A stretch of 27,651 nt of DNA from Vampirovibrionaceae bacterium NZW_1234 (GTDB taxonomy: Bacteria; Cyanobacteriota; Vampirovibrionia; Vampirovibrionales; JAGQHJ01). A model generated the notes under the pieces. The model did no database searches, was not told where the DNA came from, and was given only the letters and a program-made list of their open reading frames with translations. The stretch covers positions 1 through 27,651 of the forward strand of contig JBGUGD010000034.1 in assembly GCA_041697335.1 (NCBI GenBank), read 5' to 3'. The translations under genes and the position numbers were made by a program. Shown one piece after another: positions 9,300-17,422 of this stretch; the stretch's first letter is position 1, and every line of letters starts with the position of its first letter.

Positions 9300-10001
9300 C
9301 TAATCATAATTAATCTTTTCCGGAGCATACTTTTCGGCCCCTATCATCGCCAAATTCATATTGGGATGAAAACTATCGAGCTTGAACCAGAATTTATCGG
9401 AGTCTTCCATAGTCAACCGGACGATAGCCGCTTTCATCTGCCCAGCATAGCGAGCCAAGCGCTTGACGTCTCTTATGATAGCCGCCTTGGGATAGCGCTG
9501 TTTATCCAGGTCGTCCATAACGGCCTCGTAGCTTTTGGGATAGAACGCCCGCACCCGGTTGGCATAGGGCATCCAGGCCTTATTCCCCTTGGACCGCTGG
9601 TATTCACTAAAGGCAACATACCAGGAAGCGAGGTACGCCTCGGTGCGTTCGGGACTTTTGGCGTATTTCACCAAGACTTTTTCTTCCGGACTCATGGGAG
9701 CCTGGGTTGCTTCTTTGATATAGAGATCGGTATAGAGGTCGCAGAGCCCATAAGGATTTTGAGAGAATTGGCTTTGAGCTTGTTTTTTTGCCTGCTCTAC
9801 CGGTGATAATGTCGATGCAGACTCCACTCTGTCCTGCGACTCTTCAGTAACACCTTCTTGGGGTGTCGAAGTCGTTTTTCCGACAGGTGTCTCATCAACC
9901 GAATCACCTCTGAAGCGGGTCAGTGTGGCTCTGTTCAAACGGTTGGCAGCGGTACGCAACCCATATGGCCCAACGCTCATGCTTGTCATCACGAATCCCA
10001 T
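9300..10001 (-). CDS. Hypothetical protein, paralog of 8625-9233
   Basis: Open 233-aa frame (start may be 9992 or 9989). Leader ...RATLTRFRG; motifs PMSPEE / YQRSKG / SYEAVM / KQRYPK. Confidence 0.75.
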   Translation of the reverse strand: MGFVMTSMSVGPYGLRTAANRLNRATLTRFRGDSVDETPVGKTTSTPQEGVTEESQDRVESASTLSPVEQAKKQAQSQFSQNPYGLCDLYTDLYIKEATQAPMSPEEKVLVKYAKSPERTEAYLASWYVAFSEYQRSKGNKAWMPYANRVRAFYPKSYEAVMDDLDKQRYPKAAIIRDVKRLARYAGQMKAAIVRLTMEDSDKFWFKLDSFHPNMNLAMIGAEKYAPEKINYD

Positions 10002-10091
10002 CCTTTACCTAAAATAACCCTATAGCAGGTTTGGACAAAGGCCCCTCAAGCCTGTTTGATGCTAGTCGATCCGCCCTTTATGAAAAGATTG

Positions 10092-11444
10092 TTACACCGC
10101 ATCCGACACGCAGCGAAATTTGGCATACATATAAGGATAGTGGCCATAGAACCAATTGCGCAAGGGGCGGCGCAGCAAGCGCGCATCGGTAAAACAGGAG
10201 CCGCCCTTCATCACGTAGTGCTGGCCATCAAAAAAGTCGGCCGAATATTGCGGGTACCCTTGCGAGGGTTTAAAGCCAGGGAAAGGGGCAAACGGGGTTG
10301 CGGTCCATTCCCAGGCATCGCCCACCAGATCTTCAACCCCATAGGGGCTGGCGCCTTTCGGGTGAGAGCCGACCGGCATCGGGGACCAGGCTTGAAAAGC
10401 CACATTGGCCACGGTTGGCCCAGGTGCCTCCCAGCCCCAAGGGTAGGGGGCATCCAGCGCATCGCCGTAAGCTGCCCGATGAAACTCGGCTTCCGTGGGC
10501 AGGCGTTTTCCGACAAAGCGCGCATACGCCGTGGCTTCGGCCTGAGTGACGAAGACCGGCCAATCCAAAGGCAAGGGGATATCTTCAAAGAGATCCCGCA
10601 ATTGCCATTGCCCATCTTGTCGCTTCCAGAAGAAAGGATGCTGTTTCTTTTCCTGCTGACACCATGCCCAATCTGCCGGGCGCCAATACTCCGGATTGGC
10701 ATACCCCCCGGCCTCGACAAAGGACAGAAACTGCCCATTGGTAATGGGGTAGCGATCGATGGCAAACCGCGCCAATGTCATCGTCATGGCCGGAAACTCG
10801 TTGTCCCAGCCGTAGGGAAATTCTCCGGGGTAAGCTCCCAGACGCACCTCTCCCCTAGGTATCTCGATGGACTCTGGCTGAATCTGCGGTTGAGGGGGTC
10901 GTGCATCCGGTCTTTGGGGCGGATTCTTCAGATGATGCGGAAGCTGATGAATGATGTAGAGAAGCGTTTCCTGGTGCATCCATTCATGCTCCAGGAGAAG
11001 ATACAGTATCTCGCCATGTGTTAAGAGCGGGTGCGATGCCGGTTGGCCGGGATCAAAGGTCTCTAAAAACCCATAGAGCGCCTCATCAATACATGCCTTG
11101 TATTGCGCCACTTCATCCGGCTCCGGCCAGGAAGCCCGGGACTTGGCTTGGGCATCCACCAGTGAGGCCGGATCAATCCCTCGGGCAAAGAGCATGTCAA
11201 AGTCGGGGTTAAACGACGGGCGCCCCAAGACCTTGCGAAAGAGAGTATTCCAGAGAAAGCCATGGATGTGGCCGTCATAAAACACAATGGGATGGCGCAA
11301 CGCGATGGGCTGGGCCCAATAGGCTTCAGGTTTAACCAGATCGAAGAGTGCGCGGGTTCGAGCCTGGGTGGTCTTAAACAGAGACGTGAACTGGACTCCC
11401 TGCCCTTGATGTTGCCCCTGGTTGGCATCGATGGCGATCGACAC
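10092..11444 (-). CDS. egtB: Non-heme iron sulfoxide synthase (DinB_2 + FGE-sulfatase), EgtB/Egt1/OvoA-like; likely ergothioneine biosynthesis
   Basis: LRHPIVFYDGH, LFARGIDP, iron motif EHEWMHQE, GWDNE, KRLPTEAEF, GDAWEWT, FFDGQHYVMKGGS, RNWFYGHYPY. GTG start with AAGGAG RBS; egtD nearby. Confidence 0.85.
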   Translation of the reverse strand: MSIAIDANQGQHQGQGVQFTSLFKTTQARTRALFDLVKPEAYWAQPIALRHPIVFYDGHIHGFLWNTLFRKVLGRPSFNPDFDMLFARGIDPASLVDAQAKSRASWPEPDEVAQYKACIDEALYGFLETFDPGQPASHPLLTHGEILYLLLEHEWMHQETLLYIIHQLPHHLKNPPQRPDARPPQPQIQPESIEIPRGEVRLGAYPGEFPYGWDNEFPAMTMTLARFAIDRYPITNGQFLSFVEAGGYANPEYWRPADWAWCQQEKKQHPFFWKRQDGQWQLRDLFEDIPLPLDWPVFVTQAEATAYARFVGKRLPTEAEFHRAAYGDALDAPYPWGWEAPGPTVANVAFQAWSPMPVGSHPKGASPYGVEDLVGDAWEWTATPFAPFPGFKPSQGYPQYSADFFDGQHYVMKGGSCFTDARLLRRPLRNWFYGHYPYMYAKFRCVSDAV

Positions 11445-11499
11445 GGCTTGCTCTCCTTTTGGTCACGGCTGGCTGAACCCAGCCAACTGCCTGTCATGC

Positions 11500-11529
11500 A
11501 TACTACCTGATAAGGCGACCGATTGACAA
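11500..11529 (-). promoter_or_regulatory. sigma70-type promoter for egtB (putative)
   Basis: Minus strand TTGTCA-N18-TAGTAT, about 55 nt upstream of the start. Confidence 0.45.
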
Positions 11530-11715
11530 AGCCCAGGTATGGGATTTACCCTAAACATCGTTTCACACTCAGGATGCGACTATTACAAAACCGTTACATC
11601 CGGGTCCGGATGCGAGCAATCTCTCCCTTGAGGAGCGTTTTTACTGTAAGATGACTCGGACGAGACGATTCGGACCACCTGAACAACGTCCACCAGGAAA
11701 GTGAGGATCTGCTGA

Positions 11716-13038
11716 ATGCCCCCGACAATGATGCGTACTGCACCGGATGCTGCCGTTGCCACCAAACCCAACCCCCTTGATACATCCCTTGCCACGTCAT
11801 CACCAGGAGTACAACCCAAACGTTTTTGGGAACTCTTGACCATCAGTATCGGTTTTCTGGGCATCCAATTTGCCTGGGCTATTCAAATGGGCCAGATGAG
11901 CCCCTTGTTGGAACGACTGGGCTCTGCCCCCTGGCTGACCTCCATTTTATGGTGCGCCGGGCCCATTACCGGAATTGTTGTTCAGCCCATCGTAGGTTCC
12001 TGGAGCGATCGGACATGGACCCGCCTGGGCCGTCGTCGGCCGTTTCTGTTGGCGGGTGCCATCTTGACCGCCCTCTCGTTGATTGCCATGCCCAATTCGC
12101 CCAACTTGATTGTGGCGGCGGCCTTGTTATGGGTCCTGGATGCCAGCATCAACATCAGCCAAGGTCCCTACCGCTCTCTGGTCCCGGATACGGTTCCCAA
12201 ATCCCAACAAGCCCTGACCTACTCCCTGATGAGCTTTACCATTGGTTTGGGTTCAGTCATCGCCTTCTTTATTTCCGGTACCATCGGCAATATGCACTCC
12301 CTCTTTTACCTGGGTGCCGTTGCCATGTTGGCGGCCATGGCCATTACCATCATTACGACTCCGGAAACCAAGGAACTGGCCTCGGACGAAGAACCCCAAT
12401 CCCAAGGCTTCGGGGCCTTCATCCAGCAAACCTGGCAAAGCATTGTCGAGATGCCTTCAGAAATGAAGAAGCTTTGCATGATGCACAGCTTTACCTGGTT
12501 CGGGTGGCAATGTCTGTTTATCTTCTTTGCCTTGTTTGTGCCTCACCAGGTCTTTGGTGTCACGGATCCCAATTCACCGTTGTATGCCAAAGCCGGACAG
12601 TGGACCGGGTACTGTTACCTGGCCCTGAATAGCGCCTGCTTTATCGTTTCGCCCTTTATCGGCAAGTTGAGCCAGGCTTTTTCCCGAAAAGCCGTCCACA
12701 CCTTTGGTCTCTTGTGCTTTGCCGCAGGGCTCATTTCCACGTTCTTTCTCACCACCCCGTTACAGGCACTTATCGCCATGAGCATCATCGGGATTGGCTG
12801 GGCCACCACCTTATCCATACCCTTTGCCATCTTGGCGGCACAGGCGCCCAGTGGAAAAGCCGGTGTGTTAATGGGGACGTTCAACATCTTCGTGGCAGCC
12901 CCCCAGTTCGTGGCCTCGGCCCTCGCCGGATTTGTGGTGAGCCAAACCCACAGCGATGCATCCGCCCTGGTTCTGGGCGGCATTTCTGTTCTTTTCTCCG
13001 CCTTTCTCCTACAATGGGTCCGTGATAACGAGTCCTAA
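11716..13038 (+). CDS. MFS transporter, sucrose/maltose (SUC/SLC45/MalT-like) family
   Basis: GIQFAWAIQ, GPITGIVVQPIVGSWSDRTWTRLGRRRPF, LDASINISQGPYRSLVPD, GTFNIFVAAPQ; about 12 TM helices. Confidence 0.9.
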   Translation: MPPTMMRTAPDAAVATKPNPLDTSLATSSPGVQPKRFWELLTISIGFLGIQFAWAIQMGQMSPLLERLGSAPWLTSILWCAGPITGIVVQPIVGSWSDRTWTRLGRRRPFLLAGAILTALSLIAMPNSPNLIVAAALLWVLDASINISQGPYRSLVPDTVPKSQQALTYSLMSFTIGLGSVIAFFISGTIGNMHSLFYLGAVAMLAAMAITIITTPETKELASDEEPQSQGFGAFIQQTWQSIVEMPSEMKKLCMMHSFTWFGWQCLFIFFALFVPHQVFGVTDPNSPLYAKAGQWTGYCYLALNSACFIVSPFIGKLSQAFSRKAVHTFGLLCFAAGLISTFFLTTPLQALIAMSIIGIGWATTLSIPFAILAAQAPSGKAGVLMGTFNIFVAAPQFVASALAGFVVSQTHSDASALVLGGISVLFSAFLLQWVRDNES

Positions 13039-13061
13039 GCGATTTTGACGGAGACACAGTC

Positions 13062-13535
13062 ATGTCAACAATGATGGATACCGACAAGCTGGAAGCCTTT
13101 GAAAAAGAGCTTCCTCCGGTTGTAACCCCCTTAGCCAGCTACGTAACCGCTGTTCAGACCGGCAATTTAATTTACACGTCCGGGGTTCTCCCTATTGAAG
13201 AGGGAAAAGTCATTTACACCGGTGCCGTCGGCAGCTTTGTAGTGCCCGTCTCCGTGGGTCAGGAAGCTGCTCGCCTGGCTTGTATGAACCTCTTAAGCGT
13301 CCTAAAAGACAAGCTGGGCACCTTGAAACGTGTGGAGCAGATTGTGAAATTGACGGGCTACGTCAACAGCGTCAGCTACTTTACCGAACATCCGGCGGTC
13401 ATTAACGGGGCCTCCGACCTGCTGTTGGAAGTCTTCGGCGATCGGGGACGCCATGCCCGGGCGGCCATTGGTGTGGCCTCGCTGCCTCGCGACGCCTCCG
13501 TCGAACTGGAAGTTATCGTCCAGGTCTCGCCTTAG
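13062..13535 (+). CDS. RidA/YjgF/YER057c/UK114 family protein
   Basis: YVTAVQTGNLIYTSGVLP, IVKLTGYVNS, HPAVINGASDLL, GRHARAAIGVASLP, VELE. Confidence 0.9.
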   Translation: MSTMMDTDKLEAFEKELPPVVTPLASYVTAVQTGNLIYTSGVLPIEEGKVIYTGAVGSFVVPVSVGQEAARLACMNLLSVLKDKLGTLKRVEQIVKLTGYVNSVSYFTEHPAVINGASDLLLEVFGDRGRHARAAIGVASLPRDASVELEVIVQVSP

Positions 13536-13605
13536 AAATCACACTGTCATTCAATCCAGCGAGTACACCGCCATGCTTGCTTAACGTGGCGAGGTACGAG
13601 AGTGG

Positions 13606-14364
13606 CTACTGGCCGAAACGGCGCTGACGGCTTTGGAATTCGAGAATGGTCCGGTTCAGGACCTCGGGGCTAAACTCGGGCCAAAGTTCCGGCACAATGA
13701 ACAGTTCCGAATACGCGGCCTGCCACAAGAGGAAATTGCTTAACCGGCTTTCGTTTCCGGTGCGGATAATCATATCCGGATCGGGCTGATCCCCGGTGTA
13801 GAGATGTGCTTGAATGGTTTCTTCCGAAATAGCGTCAACGGCCAGCGAACCCGACTGAACCGCTTCGGCAATTTTCTTGCATGATGCCACCACTTCGGCA
13901 CGCCCACCGTAGTTGAAGGCCACCTGGAACAATAACCCGGTATTGTTGGCAGTGCGTGCCTCAGCCTCTTTACACAGTTTCTGAAAACTTTTAGACAGCC
14001 CGCTCACATCCCCAATAAAACGGATTCGCCCGTTCTGACGCATCAATTCTTCCACTTCGGTTTGAATGGCATGCTGGAACAGATTCATCAGCAACTCGAC
14101 TTCCATGGGCGTGCGTCGCCAATTTTCCGTGGAAAAGGCGTACACTGTCAGAATAGGCAAATGTAACTCGGTTCCACAGTAGCGAATCAGATTCTTTAAC
14201 GCCTTGAAGCCTTCCAGGTGTCCTTGTGGGCCGGGAGCACCCTGGTTCTTCGCCCAGCGCCGGTTACCATCCATAATAATCCCAATGTGACGCACAGCAC
14301 CCGAGCGAACCACCTCGCGGGCCGCATCGGCATCAACAGGATTCAAAGTTGAACTTCGCGTCAT
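13606..14364 (-). CDS. uppS: Undecaprenyl diphosphate synthase (isoprenyl transferase)
   Basis: HIGIIMDGNRRWA, YAFSTENWRR, NYGGRAE, DPDMIIRTGNESRLSNFLLWQAAYSE, RQRRFG. ATG 14364 chosen as the likely start. Confidence 0.95.
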   Translation of the reverse strand: MTRSSTLNPVDADAAREVVRSGAVRHIGIIMDGNRRWAKNQGAPGPQGHLEGFKALKNLIRYCGTELHLPILTVYAFSTENWRRTPMEVELLMNLFQHAIQTEVEELMRQNGRIRFIGDVSGLSKSFQKLCKEAEARTANNTGLLFQVAFNYGGRAEVVASCKKIAEAVQSGSLAVDAISEETIQAHLYTGDQPDPDMIIRTGNESRLSNFLLWQAAYSELFIVPELWPEFSPEVLNRTILEFQSRQRRFGQ

Positions 14365-14648
14365 CGGTCTGTCATATCCTGAACAAAACTGGAAGCTACA
14401 AAGAAGACTGACCCGAATAGGTTCCCCAGGCAAGTCCGGGTTTTATTATACCTGATTTCTTCAGCTCGGCGATATTCACCAAGTGTGCAAGTGTCGAGGT
14501 CGGCATGGAGAGAGCAGGACTATACAGCCTTGGGCAAAATGCTGTAGCTAGAGGATGGCACCTCATTCGGGGCACGGTATGATAAACGTTCCACCGCCCC
14601 TGTGTGACGGGACGGTGCCACAAGCTCTGCACCCGAGGTGACCCACGG

Positions 14649-16352
14649 ATGACCGAACATTCCCCGAACACCCCACCCCAAGATACTGAATTCAACATGT
14701 CCCGGTTTATTGGCAAGGACCCAGCCCCTGAAGGAGACCGGTTCCAGATTATCAGCCAGGACACAACGCTGTATGACAGCTGTATCTGGGAGATTATGGA
14801 AAACTACTACCGGAACCTCGGGCCGGAAGCCTTTGAATTCATTCCCTTTGGCATTACCAATAACCCGATTATTGCCGATGTCTACTCGGAGCTAGTTCTG
14901 TCCTTTCTGCTAGACTACCTGCCCCACCTGGATCCCAAGGAACCCATTTACATCATGGAACTGGCCACCGGAGTCGGGAGTTTCAGCTTTTACTTCATCA
15001 AACACCTGATGGAGAAGATTACCTACTTCAGCGCGCTGCGCTCGTTCCAGATTCGCTTCGTGATGACCGATCTGCCGGAAAGCAATGTCGCGTTCTGGGA
15101 GCGAAACGAAGCGCTCCAATTTTATGTCGACAACGGTGTTCTTGATTTTGCCGTTTACCGGCCCGATACGGATAAATCCTTTACCTTGCGCAAATCCGGC
15201 CAGACCGTGACCGAAGGCAGTATTCGCAATCCCCTGATCGTGATGAACAACTACTTCTTCGACAGCATGAAAACCCATGCGTTTCACGTCAAGGACGGCC
15301 AGTTGTTTGAAATCCGCTATACCTTCTATCGCGACTTGACCCAGGTTTCACCCGATTCCCCTGTCAAGCTGGCGGACCTGAAAAGCAGCCAGGAACTGAA
15401 ACCGGTGTCCGGCGATTACTTTGACAACCCCAAACTGAACCGCATCCTTAAAGACTATTGCGAGCAATGCCCTGAAGCCCGCATCATCTTCCCCACCAAC
15501 GGGATCAATGTCATTCAGCACTTGGAGGCCTTGTGCAACTCCAGTCTGGTCATCCTGGGATCGGATAAGGGGTTTAATAACAAGAACTTCATGCAACGCA
15601 ATGCCGAAGAGATCGAAATGGTGATCCACGCCGATGCCTTTTCGTTTATGGTGAACTTCGATGCCTTGCGCCGTTATTTCATTCACTCCGGCGGGCAATG
15701 CTTCCTGACCCAGGATCGCTATTTGTCCCTCGAAACGATCATGGGATTTATTCTCAAGGAGCCCCAAACACCCCTGGAGCGGACTTATTATTACTTTCGT
15801 GAAAAAGTCGTCAAGCAAAACATCATCGACAATTATTTCCGGCTGCGGTCCTTTTTTGATGCCGATGCCCATGATCCCACCAAGCGGGATCCGGACGAAA
15901 TTATCGACGATTTTATCGGTCTGCTGAAACTCTTTCATTACGATCCCATCCTCTTTGGCCGCAATCGGCAGATCCTGACCAAAGCCATGCTCAAACGCGA
16001 TCCACAGCCCGATGACGCCGTTCATGACATGCTGACCGAAGTGCGCAAGAACATCTATCCCATCCATGTGGGCACCAACCAGTTTCTGCCTATTGGGCTG
16101 GTCTATACCGATATTTGGAGCTTCACCGATGCCATTGACACCATCGAACAGGCCATCCGTGTCTATGGGCCTGAGGCCGATCTATTCTATTATCTGGGCT
16201 ATGCCTGTGAAGGTTTGGGAGCTTTGGAAGACGCGTTGGAAGCTTACGAATCTTCCCTGGAGCTGGTTTCCCCAGATCGAGAACGGGAAATCAACAAGCT
16301 TCATCAGGCCATTTCCCGTGTCCAGTCTAAATTAGCGCAACTTGAAGTATAA
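14649..16352 (+). CDS. SAM-dependent methyltransferase-like (MidA/NDUFAF7-like) domain with C-terminal TPR
   Basis: ATG 14649 after GAGGTG. Motif I-like YIMELATGVGSF, FVMTD, NNYFFDSM. TPR ADLFYYLGYACEGLGALEDALEAYESSLEL. Confidence 0.7.
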   Translation: MTEHSPNTPPQDTEFNMSRFIGKDPAPEGDRFQIISQDTTLYDSCIWEIMENYYRNLGPEAFEFIPFGITNNPIIADVYSELVLSFLLDYLPHLDPKEPIYIMELATGVGSFSFYFIKHLMEKITYFSALRSFQIRFVMTDLPESNVAFWERNEALQFYVDNGVLDFAVYRPDTDKSFTLRKSGQTVTEGSIRNPLIVMNNYFFDSMKTHAFHVKDGQLFEIRYTFYRDLTQVSPDSPVKLADLKSSQELKPVSGDYFDNPKLNRILKDYCEQCPEARIIFPTNGINVIQHLEALCNSSLVILGSDKGFNNKNFMQRNAEEIEMVIHADAFSFMVNFDALRRYFIHSGGQCFLTQDRYLSLETIMGFILKEPQTPLERTYYYFREKVVKQNIIDNYFRLRSFFDADAHDPTKRDPDEIIDDFIGLLKLFHYDPILFGRNRQILTKAMLKRDPQPDDAVHDMLTEVRKNIYPIHVGTNQFLPIGLVYTDIWSFTDAIDTIEQAIRVYGPEADLFYYLGYACEGLGALEDALEAYESSLELVSPDREREINKLHQAISRVQSKLAQLEV

Positions 16353-16373
16353 CCTTCTTTGTCTTAAAACACC

Positions 16374-16401
16374 AAAAAACCGCCGTGCAATCGGCGGTTT
16401 T
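16374..16401. terminator. Bidirectional Rho-independent terminator between convergent genes
   Basis: AAAAAACCGCCG-TGCAAT-CGGCGGTTTT. Confidence 0.8.
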
Positions 16402-16427
16402 CGGTAATGTTTGAAAACGAATAGGGT

Positions 16428-16631
16428 TTATGCACCAGTCCGTTTTTTCTGGTGTTCACCAGCAGACTTACGTGCTGTCAGAGAACCGTTAAACTCGGCC
16501 TGACCTAAGTTATCCTCGATATCCAACTGGCGGCCAGCTTCCAGGAAGAAGCCAACTTGCCGAAGAGTGTTGCCAACGCCAGGGCCAATTGCATAAGCCC
16601 AAAGACCTTGTGAAAACTTACGTTTTTTCAT
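16428..16631 (-). CDS. Small hypothetical protein (about 67 aa)
   Basis: AGGAG RBS 9 nt before ATG 16631 (MKKRKFSQGLWAY...); terminator immediately downstream. Confidence 0.6.
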   Translation of the reverse strand: MKKRKFSQGLWAYAIGPGVGNTLRQVGFFLEAGRQLDIEDNLGQAEFNGSLTARKSAGEHQKKRTGA

Positions 16632-16694
16632 GTCCAATTACTCCTATGAGAATTACCGCTCACTGAACAAAATTTGAATTATAAATTAAGCCCG

Positions 16695-16904
16695 CTAACC
16701 AACCTGGTTTAGCTGCCCCTGTAGCCCGTTGGCTCGGTTCAACAAGCCCGTGGGATCAGGGTTTTGTAACTGCAAATCTGCAGCTAACTGACCTAAACCT
16801 AATTGTGCAAACTGACTGGTATATTGCAGCATTTGTCCCGCACTGGCAATACTGGTAAATGCTTGCTCAGCGCTGAAGCCACCCGCATCTAAGACAAGGC
16901 CCAT
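16695..16904 (-). CDS. Small hypothetical Gln/Gly/Leu-rich protein (69 aa)
   Basis: Strong GGAGG RBS upstream of ATG 16904; co-oriented with the 16428-16631 ORF. Confidence 0.65.
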   Translation of the reverse strand: MGLVLDAGGFSAEQAFTSIASAGQMLQYTSQFAQLGLGQLAADLQLQNPDPTGLLNRANGLQGQLNQVG

Positions 16905-17321
16905 TTATCCGTTTCCTCCACATTTCATATTACACATGAACCAAGTAACCGAGAGAGAGAAATCCAAGATACTGTTATGTATGTATAAAAACAATGCATT
17001 GCATTTTTGTGCTAGCGAATTTTGGAATTTTTTTAAATTTGGCTATCAACGGTATATTCCTGTTCATCACGACGAGTTTCCGATACATCATTTCAGCAAA
17101 GGGTATGTGGCCCGAAGTGGCGTTGCTGAGTGCGTCGTCGATAGTTTTATTCTAAGGGGTCGGACACAACTTTCAGGGTTTGCTTAAGGTTCATTTAATA
17201 AAGTGGTTTTACAAACTGAGGGAACAAAGTATGCCGATACAAGCTGGGTCAGGATTTTCAGCTTTTACAAACCGGAATGCTGCAACAATCAGCGAAGCGT
17301 TCTATCAAGTCGAGCAATAAA

Positions 17322-17367
17322 GATGAATCCGGAAATGCCCATTTCAATGGCGTTTCCGGATCACATC
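17322..17367. other. Intergenic stem-loop downstream of the 17423-19819 gene
   Basis: ATCCGGAAA (17327-17335) pairs with TTTCCGGAT (17353-17361). Inner CCAT/ATGG and outer GATG/CATC pairing; no clear U tail. Confidence 0.45.
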
Positions 17368-17422
17368 CATTATAAAGAGATAGGGATCAGGATCGCCATT
17401 GCCCGAAGAGCGAATGTTGCAA

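Noticed and set aside
10092..11444. OvoA (ovothiol) or SenA (selenoneine) assignment
   Set aside because: Lacks the OvoA C-terminal methyltransferase, no senB/senC neighbours, and egtD nearby favours ergothioneine. Not fully excluded without phylogeny.
11450..11715. Riboswitch or LacI operators between egtB and the MFS gene
   Set aside because: Only short hairpins and CGTTT/CGTTA half-sites; no recognisable aptamer or complete palindrome.
16590..16631. Flp/type IV prepilin leader in MKKRKFSQGLWAYAI
   Set aside because: Resembles G-Q-G-L-x-E-Y but lacks the conserved Glu and the following about 20-residue hydrophobic helix.
17212..17240. sigma28 promoter at GCCGATAC (17233-17240, + strand)
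   Set aside because: No properly spaced TAAA -35 and no credible downstream + strand gene. Similar weak hits at about 22299-22325 (-) and 25621-25647 (+) were also left uncalled.
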